Positions 22,317 through 32,712 of a DNA stretch of 42,882 nucleotides are shown piece after piece (position 1 is the stretch's first letter; every line of letters begins with the position of its first letter). The notes under the pieces are model-generated. The model was not told the DNA's origin, ran no database searches, and was given only the letters and a program-made list of their open reading frames with translations. A program made the translations under genes and the position numbers. This stretch comes from Gonapodya sp. JEL0774 (taxonomy: Eukaryota): the NCBI GenBank assembly GCA_027604505.1, contig JADIIX010000163.1, positions 1-42,882 of the forward strand. Direction: 5' to 3'.

Positions 22317-25300
22317 ATGACGTCATCTGCGGTGTCAGAACTGGGCACCAGGCTGCGTGTGTTGCACAGGCCGCTCACTCCCACACTGACACGGGCACTC
22401 ACATCGGCAGCACCTGTCGCTCTCCTGCCCACCCGCATCCCTGCTCCTCATCCCTGCTCCTCAATCCCCAAATCCCTGCAATCCCTTCAACCCCTCCCAT
22501 GTCTCCCTCCGTCCTCCCACGTCACCCCACCACACCCAACTCACACCACCCGCTGTTTCGCCTCCCTCTCCCATCCCAGTCCCAATCCCCTGCCACATCC
22601 CCCACAAGATCCCTCCGCTCTCTCGATCATCGGCCCTCTCAACGAGTACAGGAGACTCGTCGCTCTGGGAATCATCAACTACGACGAACTCCAGATGCGC
22701 GCGGTGCTCAAACTCCAGTCACTCCACGACTCTCTCATCGACTACGACCCCCCTGCCTGGCTGCTCGACTCCCTTCCCAATCCCCCTGACTCCACAGACG
22801 CCGCGGTATGTTGGGTTTCTACGTGGGTCTATCCACACACCTGTTTCTCACGCCCACCATTTCCACCATTCAACCACAACACCCTCCGCACAGCCTCCAA
22901 CCGGTCTCCCAGAACCCGGCGGTCTCTGGTCAACCGTCGCGCCCGACTCGCACGGCAGCTCCTCCCTAACCTGGAACCCACTTCACCAGCGTGACCAAGA
23001 CGACCTCGACGACTCGGACACCTTTGAGGTCCCAAAGGGATTCTGGCTCTGTGGCGAGGTCGGGACAGGAAAGGTGAGCGTCGTACGTGGTGTCGAGTCG
23101 AGACGTGTGTGACTTTGGACTGGGAAACGAGCAAGTGGGAATGGTGAGACAAGGTGTTTGATGAGTCACAGTAAATGCAATCGAGGTGGTTGGGAACGCG
23201 CAAGTGCGGTGGATGAGACACTGTTGTTGGTGAAGGGACAGTGGAACTTCCGGGATTCGGATAGGACGTTGCTGGTGTGAGGAGGTGTGGACAAAAAGTG
23301 GCGCCAATGTACCTTCCAGTCCACTTGAGCCTGTTTCCCGTGCGTGTCCCCACACACAAAACCGACCTTTCTCTTCCCATCACACACTCCATACACCGTT
23401 CACAAACCCCCGACCGTTCCACCTACCCTCCCTCCCTCTTCCCTCTTCCCCCATCCCCAAGACCATGCTCCTCGACATCTTCTTTTCATCCATCCCCACC
23501 CCCCGAAAACGCAAGGTCCACTTCCACGCCTTCATGCTCGAAACATACCGCAAGAGTACGTACGTCCACTCCATCCCTCCCCCATCCCCCATCCCCCATC
23601 CTTTAATCCTCCCCCGGGCGCCGACTCATGCCTCATGCCATCACCGTGCTTTTTCCTCACAGTGCACCAATGGCACACCACCCACGGACACATACCCTCC
23701 TCGTCCTCTTCCCCCTCCCCCTCCCCGCACCCCGGCGCCGACGACCACGTGCTCCAATGGGTCGCGAGAGAGCTGGTCAAGGAGAGCTGGTTGGTTGCGT
23801 TTGATGAGTTTCAGGTGGGTGGGTCTGGTTGGGCGCGGTACCCCTCCCTCTCCACCCCCCCCACCCCTCGTTCCCACACCCCCCAGGGCACCGACAACGG
23901 CACCGCCCCCCACCACAAGCAACTGTTCAACCAACTTTTCCGNNNNNNNNNNATGAGGGGGGGATTGATGGTGAAGGGGTGGAGGGGTGGGGCGAACAAG
24001 AGGAGGAGTATGAGGAGTAGGAAGGAGCGACGGGGGCGGGAACCTTTCTTCTAGCCCTGTTCCCCCGCCGCTCCTTCCACCATCCGACCCTCCCCCCCCA
24101 CCCCCGACCGCCCCCCCCGCCACCCATCTACCACCCACCCGTCTCGTCCCCGTCCGTCCATGTCCCCCACCCCCCCCGTCCCCGACATCGCCACCGCCGC
24201 CATCCTCAAGCAGCTGTTCTCCCACGTGTTCCGCATGGGCGGGGTGGTGGTCGCCACGAGTAATAGGAGTCCTGAGAATCTGTATAGGGGGGGTGAGTAG
24301 CGGGGGCGGTGATGACACGGGGTGTGCGACCGGCGCGGCGGGGTGGGAGAAGGGGGGGTGGGGGGTGGGGACGGGATAGGGATGGGTGGAATGGCGCGGG
24401 GGGACTCGGGATTGTTGCGGTACGAGGTTGCCGCAGGCTCACAGCATCACGCTGCCCCGTACATGGCCTTACTACCCCTTCACTCCCCCCCACTCACAAC
24501 TCCCTGTGCCGGCACCGCTCCCACTCCCCACTTCGACCACCCCACACATACATACACAATCCAAACCCCCTTTTGCCCCCCCCACCCAAGGCTACCAACG
24601 CCACCTCTTTTCCTCCTTCATGGACCTCCTGCGTGACCGTATGGAGATCCACGACATGAGGTCCACGGTGGATTACAGGAGTGAAGGGGCGGCGATCGGA
24701 GGTGGGTTTCGGGGCGGGAAGAGAGGTGGAAAGGGAGGGCAGGTGGTTGGGGTCGGGGGGTGGTTGGGACGGGGACCGGTGCGTTGATGAGTGGATGAGT
24801 GGATATGGGGACGGAACTGGTGTTTGTGTGGTGGAAGGGCGGTGCGATTTGTGTCCTGTTTTGTAGTTACGTGTGTGCATAGGCGCCTCGGTCGTTGTAG
24901 GCGCACAACGTCCGCGCTGCACGCATGGGACGTTCCAGTCCTCCCGTGTCACACCTCATCTGATCCGCACCCCGCCTTGTGTTCATCTCACCCGATACGT
25001 GCCATCACCCCCATGACCTGCGTCGCTCAGAGAACCCCCACCCGACCTATTACAGGTCCGACGAACCCGACGGTGTGGCAAAGTTTGAAGACGCCGTGGC
25101 GGCGATTGTGGGCGGGGAAGAACGTGAGTCGTGTCGGTGAGGAGTGGGGCAGTGGTACTCGTGTGCATTCGAAAAGTTTCCCCGTCCCCATACGTCTGAA
25201 CGCACGTCGCCATCACCAACCCCACCCCGCGGCCCACCCAGTCCTCCCGCACCCCCTCCCGGTCTCCTCCCGCCACATCCTCATCCCGCGCATGACCCCC

Positions 25301-26448
25301 TCGGGCACCGCGCTCTTCACCTTCACCGAACTCTGCCGGACCTCGTTCGGCCCGGCCGACATGCTTGCCCTGTGCACCGCTTGCCACACCGTGGTGGTCA
25401 GGGATGTGCCCAGGATGGGGATGGGGATGAAGGATCCGGCAAGACGGTGGATCACGTTTGTGGACGCGGCGTATGAGATGAAGGTGAGAGAGCCTCTCGC
25501 ATGGCAGGTGGAATGGAGGGGTGGGGGACCGTGTGTTCTTCTTGGGTGGTGTTGATGGGTGATTTTTTTTCTCACTGTTTCAATTTCGCCGTGGATTGTG
25601 TTTGCTTGTGGGTGGGATGGGGTTAGGTCAAACTCATCGTCCTAGCTGCCGCGACCCCGGAAGATCTGTTCGTCATCTCCCCTTCGCAAATCTTCTTGCC
25701 GACCGTATCCCCTCCCAGTCCTGATCACGAAGGATCGGGATCTCCCCTGAGTGCCACCGATGGCGACGCCGAGATGGACACCAACGACATCATGTTGCGG
25801 GAAACGCTGGGCGCCGCACTCTCACAGTCATCTCGGCAGCGGGCGTACAGGTCTATGTGGGGCGCGCGAAGTGGGTCGGAAGAAGAGGAGGAAAAGAAGG
25901 CCAGGGAAGATGTAGAAAGACTTGCGATATTCACCGCGGAAGATGAGATCTTTGCATTTCGGAGGGCGAGCTCCAGGATTAGGGAGATGGGGTGGGGTGG
26001 GAGATATGCGGAGGAGAGCGGGGCCGGGAGGAAAGTGGAAGGGTGGACTGGGGGGGTTGGGTGGGGGGACCCGGAGAACGGACCCAATGTCGAGGTGGAC
26101 GCGGGGTCCGTGACCGCAACGCCACACCGTAACGACTCTCCCGCATCTGACGACTGGGGCGACGAGGCGAGTTACCGGGGCTATTTGAAACAGTTTACGC
26201 GGTTCAACCAACAGCCTGACGAAACGCACGAGGACTTTATAGATCGGATACGTGGGAAAGTGGGCCGTGGGAGGAGAGAAGTGAAGGGGAAGCCCAAACC
26301 CATGGCTGATTGGCACTTCTTTGGACTTCAGGGCGGAGACGAGGACTCGTGGGGCGTCAAGTTGTTTATGAGGCAGTTGCGGAAGAAGTATGAAGGGAAG
26401 GAGGGTGGTGCGGTTGGTGCTGCCCAAGGAAAGAAGGACAACACGTAG
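22317..26448 (+). CDS. AFG1: AFG1/LACE1 (ZapE)-family mitochondrial ATPase; multi-exon
   Basis: R/S/T/L-rich presequence-like N terminus, GPLNEYRRLV...DELQ, PKGFWLCGEVGTGK|TMLLDIFF, RKVHFHAFM, VAFDEFQ, DIATAAILKQLF, VATSNR.PENLY, DYR, FTFTELC, ARRWITFVDAAYE, EDEIFAFRRASSRIREM. Confidence 0.92.
23943..23952. other. Assembly gap (10 N) inside AFG1
   Basis: Run of N flanked by two copies of the same exon start. Confidence 0.99.
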
Positions 26449-27195
26449 GATTACGCTCGGTGCACATGCTTTCGATGAATGTCTAGACGCGGTGATACAC
26501 GCTGGTTGCGACGGCTTTGAACGCCATGTACCGCTTGCACGGACAAACGTGACTTAGACGGAGGAATTTTAGAGAACATATTAGTTCGCGCCTAATATCG
26601 GAGTCTGACCTTCGCCAGAGGCAAACAAACAATACATCGACAGCATAGTTCGATCTGTATTACCCATTCTGAATTGATTCACATGGGGGGCCAACGAATC
26701 CTTTGTTTTTTGCTTCTTCATCATTTTCGGCTCGCTCTCACAATAATGACATTTTCAGTTCGCTCTCAATAATACTGGGCCATCACACTCCATTAGGCCT
26801 CAAAGGAAACTTTACAGGTAAGGTGCATAAGCAAGTCGCCATCAGACTTTCTGTTTTCCGCAATTGTTTTCCAAAGCATCAATCCAAAACTGCATGCAGA
26901 TTACATGAGTGGGGTACGCTACGGTAATTAATGCCCCGCCGTTTTGTCTCTTTTCACGACTACAAGGTCCCATAGTTATTCTTCGTGTACTCCATAGGGT
27001 TGACGAACATCACTCGATCCAAGAACGTGCACCGGACCTCCTTCACTCCCCACACCCGTCCTCCACTCCCGCTGCCGTGTAGTCCACGGTCTCACCACCG
27101 ACTGCTGAGACCATACCTGCTGCATTCCACCCACCTCTATCACCACGTTACCCTTCCTTCCTCCTCTTGCCTCCACCACACAAGGTCAGGTTCTG

Positions 27196-29307
27196 TCACA
27201 GCTCCACCTCTTCCAGTCCTCCAGCCATCCTTCTCCTACTCCCAGCAACCACCGCATCTCCCACCGTCCCGGCTCCTCCAGCCCCTCTTCCCATCCCGAA
27301 CATGGCTCCGTGCGCTTCCCTCAACAATCCTTCCAAGCGATCAACCCTTCTCTCCCACCTGGCTCTCTCCTCCCCCCACGCAATCTTTTCCTTCTTGTGT
27401 ACTTCTGCGGCCGCCATCAGTTGGTCATTGTCCTCGCGCAAAGACGCCACTCGGCTCTCCAATTCGGTAAGTTTTGCCATCTTGCGTTCCCGCGATCGAC
27501 GTGCTGCCATGGTGTTCTTTATTCGCCGTAGCGTGGCAGGGTCAACTCCCGAAGCAGTGGGCAGCGATGCGAGACCCGATGCGGACAAGGAAGCTGACAA
27601 CGACGACCCGCTCCTCACCTCCCTGCCACCCGCAGCTCCTTCGTCCGGCCGGTCGGAACCACCATCATCCTCACCTTCACCTTCACCCTCCTCACCGCCT
27701 TCCACATCTTCGATCTCCTCTGCAGCGTCGCCTCGCGCATTCTTCATCCCACTCGCTCCCCCGCCATTGTGCTGATGGAGCGCGGCCCGCGCACTCTTTG
27801 TACTTTCACCGTCTCCACTCACAAGTTCTCGGTCCTTTTCTTCGCCCTTCACCTTCGCTGCCACCCGCCTCTTTTTTCGTCCATCCCCCCCACCACTACC
27901 CCGTCTTCCTCCTGCAGACCCCACTTCACCAACACTCCTCGTCCCAACCCACCACGTCACCCCAGCCACCCGACCTGCACCTCCATCACTCGTCACAGTG
28001 CCTTGATCCTCCCCACCACCCTCCCCCACTCTCGTCACACTCAAACCATCTCCCCCACCACCTCCAGCGCTAGCACCCACGCGCGCCGCCAGCTCCGCCA
28101 GCGACAACGACTGCACGTGGATGGCTTGTGCTAGGGGAGGTGGTGTCTCGCTGTGGGCACGCTTCACGCGGTTGGAGGGTGGAACTGCCATGGACGTGGA
28201 AGGGAGGGTGGACGTGGTGACAGATGTGGAAGAAGATGTGGGTGTGGAATCGGGATTGAAGCCAGCCGCGGGAGGGAGTAAATGATGGTGCTGGTGGTGT
28301 TGCTGATTATGTTGTGTCCCCACGGCGTGTGAGTGAGGGCGGAAAGGAATTGGAACTGAGAGTGTGGTATCCTCGCTGCCAGCCTCGAAGCGAGGCAGCT
28401 GTCTTCGATCAGATGCTGTGTATTGGGAAATGGGAGCACCACCCAAATTAACCGGACCGCTTCCTTCCAATCCCCCTCTGATTCCGACCCCAAGGGCGGG
28501 ATAGTACAGTCCAACCCGACCATCAACTCCCCCACCTCCCATGGCTGAAACCAAAATGTTCGTCGCCCCCCCTGTGGGAAAGTAGGAACTCCCGCCTCCC
28601 TTACCGCCATTCACAGCTATCGTCGAAAATGTCTTTGCCACTGACGCCAGCGTTTCCGCGGCAGCCACGGCGGTGGGACTGTCGACAGGATATGTGGTGG
28701 GAGTGGGAGTGGGAGGGGGGAGATGTTGTGCGGTGTGCAAAGGATTCGTGGTAGCCGTGTCAGAGGGGTGGGAGGGGTGATGCAAGTGTCCGTGCACATG
28801 TCCGTGGGACATCGCCGATGAAGAAGAAGAATTTCCACTTCCAGACGATGTAGTTGCCGTGGCGGAGGCCCGCGAGTTGGTGGTTTCGGTTGGCGAGCGA
28901 TGGTGGGCATTGTGGTAGTGAGCAGGTTGATGAGAAGGAGTTTGAGGATAAGGTTGTGGCGCAAATGTGAGCGACTTGTGGAGATTCGAGGTCAAGAGGG
29001 ACTCGGAAGGGGCGGCTGATTCGTTGTCAACTTGAAGCTGTTGTTGCTGTGGAACGGTTGTTTGGTTCCGGTTCTGGGTGTCTGAACCTGACAGGTACAT
29101 TAAGCCGGATTCGGAGGGGAGCGATAACGTTGCGATTCCGAGCGCGGGTGCAGTGGTGCTGGTGCTGTAGAGTGGTGTGCATCGAAGTGCGACGTCGTCC
29201 CCCGTGAGCACATCCGGGTGCGCGACGTTGACAGGAGAGTAGGTGAGCGCCGTAGCGGGAAAAGTGAATGGCTGGAGCATGGTCGTCTGGAAAGATGGAT
29301 TGGCCAT
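27196..29307 (-). CDS. bZIP transcription factor with GCN4/CPC-1-like basic region; single 703-aa ORF
   Basis: C-terminal RRIKNTMAARRSRERK followed by a leucine heptad L..LESRVASLREDNDQL, after a long low-complexity N-terminal region. Confidence 0.88.
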   Translation of the reverse strand: MANPSFQTTMLQPFTFPATALTYSPVNVAHPDVLTGDDVALRCTPLYSTSTTAPALGIATLSLPSESGLMYLSGSDTQNRNQTTVPQQQQLQVDNESAAPSESLLTSNLHKSLTFAPQPYPQTPSHQPAHYHNAHHRSPTETTNSRASATATTSSGSGNSSSSSAMSHGHVHGHLHHPSHPSDTATTNPLHTAQHLPPPTPTPTTYPVDSPTAVAAAETLASVAKTFSTIAVNGGKGGGSSYFPTGGATNILVSAMGGGGVDGRVGLYYPALGVGIRGGLEGSGPVNLGGAPISQYTASDRRQLPRFEAGSEDTTLSVPIPFRPHSHAVGTQHNQQHHQHHHLLPPAAGFNPDSTPTSSSTSVTTSTLPSTSMAVPPSNRVKRAHSETPPPLAQAIHVQSLSLAELAARVGASAGGGGGDGLSVTRVGEGGGEDQGTVTSDGGAGRVAGVTWWVGTRSVGEVGSAGGRRGSGGGDGRKKRRVAAKVKGEEKDRELVSGDGESTKSARAALHQHNGGGASGMKNARGDAAEEIEDVEGGEEGEGEGEDDGGSDRPDEGAAGGREVRSGSSLSASLSASGLASLPTASGVDPATLRRIKNTMAARRSRERKMAKLTELESRVASLREDNDQLMAAAEVHKKEKIAWGEERARWERRVDRLEGLLREAHGAMFGMGRGAGGAGTVGDAVVAGSRRRMAGGLEEVEL

Positions 29308-29588
29308 GATCGGCAGTGCTTCAGACAGTGCGGATGTGTGAACTGGTTGTACAGTTTCATTTGGGTATTCGCGTCCTGAGACGGAATCCGAAGATGAGGA
29401 GGATCGAGATCTATACCTGGACGATCTGGAAGATACCGGGGATGAAGAGCATGCAGGAGATGGCGACCGAGAAGGAGGTGGGCGGTACGATGGGGATGCG
29501 GGGGTGGACGTGAGGGGTATGGTGATTGCCGTGGGGAACTGTTCGTAGGAAATTGGAGTCTTGAAGTGCCGTGGGTGTGAGGTGCATT

Positions 29589-29600
29589 TTAGGAGTACAT
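29589..29600 (-). promoter_or_regulatory. Three-codon upstream ORF (ATG TAC TCC TAA) in the bZIP leader
   Basis: Seen directly. Further upstream ATGs lie at 29650, 29620, 29587 and 29452 (frame stopping at 29411) and at 29360 (out-of-frame ORF overlapping the main start). Confidence 0.4.
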
Positions 29601-30515
29601 GGCGAGAATGTTATGTGCATTGTTGGTGCGTGCGTGGCGGGAATGGGCATCGATGAGTCACGCACGCACGTGTGTTTCGCCGAGTGGCCAAGAATGACAA
29701 AATTGCGAAATTGCATATCCAAAAACCTCTTTAGTAACTGTGCACATTTCCTGAATGGATCCGTGGGTTGTCTAACATCTCACTTGTGCAGTGCAAGAGT
29801 CGTGTCCATAACCTCACCAACAACATTGGTGTCCGTGGGCGGTCAGCGTTCCTCAAGATATGACACGTTCACTCAAAATGCGCCTTTTATCACATACGCA
29901 CGTCTCCAACAATCGATCTATTACGAGGCAAGCCCTGCGCATCAACTTCTCTGTCTGCCCGCATATTCTTGTCACGGAAAATTTCAGCGGGCTGGTTCCC
30001 ATCCTCCATATCAGTGCCCTCGGCGGGTTTTCTAACAGACCAGGTTTGAATGGCTGAAGCGAGCAAAGGGAGAGGAGGCAAGGTGGGATGATGGAGCCCC
30101 GAAATGGGCGACCAAGGTTTTAAAGTGGAGTTAGCCAGAGTGCGGGAGGTATCTTGTGTGAGATAACAGGGAATAGTAGATTCCGGTAAAGTGTGTGGAT
30201 TGAGTGCGTGGAATTGTCACCCCGTGCAACGGTGGACAAGGGGAAAGGAAACAGAGATTCCCAGCAAAAGGGGGTACGAGACGATGAGATTGAGCAATGA
30301 AACAAGGATTGTTCTGAATGAATGCGTGTGTTTTGTAATCATTGCCGGCTTGGCGTTGAACTAGGGAATGAAAGACTACAACGCCAACACCCCTTGTCCA
30401 TTCCCGGACCTCTTTACATACCGATTCAACAGAGAAGCTGCTTAGCCGAGTTGATGGTTTTCGTATGTCGTTCGTCTTCGTGGTGTTGAACTCACTGTGA
30501 ATGACTGTGCCTAAC

Positions 30516-30524
30516 ATGAGTCAT
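30516..30524. promoter_or_regulatory. Perfect GCN4/AP-1 site ATGAGTCAT in the intergenic region between the divergent bZIP and methyltransferase genes
   Basis: CATGAGTCATG at 30515-30525 and a second site ATGAGTCAC at 29653-29661. Confidence 0.3.
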
Positions 30525-31039
30525 GCAGTTTGGTTCTCCTCAAAGCAACCCTCAATCGATTCATATATTGTTATTTACCTCCCATACCTTTACTCTTCTT
30601 TTCATGGAGCTATGTAGTTTCCGGTTCGATATCGCCGGGATTCTCGATATTCACAACAAGTGCTACATAATACTGAGATAAATGGAGACTTCATGAGGGC
30701 TTCATACTTTACTATCTCCATCGTTGAATCAGAAGCGGGAAGCCAATTCGCGCAAAATCAATGATAAAGTATCAAATGACGTCGAATTCCATTGCAGCAA
30801 GTCGTGAGACTATTTTTCAACTGATGGTGGTAGCTCAGGGTTTAGATCATGCACTCAAGCAGCACCAGCGGTTCATGCAGAAGAAGAAAATGCAGGTAGA
30901 GCCTGTCTGTGGGATGGAATGAAGATAAGATGAGGATCCTCTGGCACATACGGCGGCCAGAAGCCTGGTGCAATTGTCTATTTTGCGTGTTCCTTTTCGA
31001 CCTTTGGTCACGGCGGGTGACCAGTTCTCTTTTCCAACA

Positions 31040-32041
31040 ATGGAAGCGCATAAACCTGTTCTTCTTTTGACTGGTCCGTCTTGGCCAACTTTCGACTTCC
31101 ACAAGCCTCACCTTGGTTGCTCTGCTCCGTCAAATGGCTGCTTTGTCGCTGGCAAACCCATCTACCTGTTCCCCACTTCCTCTCCCCCACCGGGTTCCGA
31201 TGACTCCAGCAAAAGTGAATCTCATGCTGTCCGTACGGCCACAACCTTGTGGGATTGTGGTATAGTGCTCGCGAAATTTCTAGAGCACACAGACCTTCCG
31301 TTCCGTGGAAGGAGGTGCTTGGAACTGGTGAGAAAGTACATAGTCTGTCATGATTGTGTGGAGAAAATGCGGCGCGTGGCCAATCAATGACCACGACTAT
31401 TGACATGGGAGTGACAGGGATCATTTTTCTCATTACAACTGGTGTTGTCGACTCTTTTACAGGGCTCCGGTCTGGGTTTGGTCGGGCTCACACTACATCA
31501 CATCGGCGCCAAAGTAGCACTCACAGATGCGCCCGCGGTCGTGCCACATCTGGCAGAGACAATGACAAATTTGAATGGCGTTCCCGTTCGCCCCGTAAAC
31601 GAGCTTTTCTCCGACATTCCCAACGCGAACGAAACGGAACGCGAGTCTCCTGTGTCCGTCGTGGCCCTTGACTGGGAAAAGCCTCTCCCCGCGGAGTTGG
31701 TTGATCCGTCTACACTTGAACCGCTCTCCATCGACGTCCTTGTCGGCTCCGACATCGTCTGGCTTGATTCTCTTGTAATCCCTCTCGTCGAAACAATATC
31801 TCGACTTCTTCCGGCCTCAAAGCAGTCTCTGAACGCTCCAGAACAGTGGGACCTGACCAAGCTCCCACCTCCTATGCCTTACTTCATCCTGGCACACCAA
31901 AGCCGCACCACTCGCACCACTGACGGATTTTTTACGGCTATGCGGGAACGTGGATTCATCTGGAAACAGCTTGAGAGTGACATGCTTCACCCTTCTTTCG
32001 TCAAAGCAGATCGGAGCATTTATATCTTTTGGAGGAAGTGA
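31040..32041 (+). CDS. METTL21/Methyltransf_16-family protein lysine methyltransferase; 2 exons
   Basis: TATTLWDCGIVLAKFL...RCLEL|GSGLGLVGL (motif I split by intron 31328-31461), VALTD, VALDWE, VLVGSDIVW (motif II DxxW variant). Confidence 0.9.
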
Positions 32042-32712
32042 AGAAATACTCGAACTACATGTCCAAGCTCAAACCCTTGGCGTGGTCTCGAAGGCATAGC
32101 CTCGAATGGACGACGACCAAGATTTGACGTTTGACCTTGTCCCTGTAAAGGCATGATCCTTCTCCATCAAGTGTCCTACAAATGATCACCAGCTGACCAC
32201 ACTTGCTGCCGATCTGTGATGAGCAACCTATATATTACCACGGTGCGGAGGTCTGACCGATGACGACCACATATCCGTAGCATGTATTCTGAGATTGGCA
32301 GTACAGGGATATCGGTTAGGTGAATCAAAAGTAGGACGTGGTGGCGGGGTTTAGCTTTGTCAAGCAATGAAATGCGCAAGGATTTGTGATCGGCATCTGA
32401 AACCAGGTTCTTGACCAACCGTATTTTGTCATCCCCCCAGGGTGTGAATACATTCTTGCTGCCTGTAATCTGCGTTGCCGAGTACATAAAAACTCAGAGT
32501 ATATGTGAATAAATACTCAACTGCGTCGTTTCTAGCCCAGGATGACCCTGTAATCACTTTTTATCAATTTTGGGATTCCCTGGATCGAATGTAATAGACC
32601 TCGTAGAACGGCAACTGTGTTTTACTTTCGGGCATCGCCACAAAGGTTTCGAGTGATGGCGTCAGCTTCCCCAAAGCTTGAAAACCGAAGGCAAAATTAT
32701 CCTCGTACGGAA

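Noticed and set aside
32176..32487. 103-aa minus-strand ORF between the methyltransferase and LRR genes
   Set aside because: No recognisable family or supporting splice structure.
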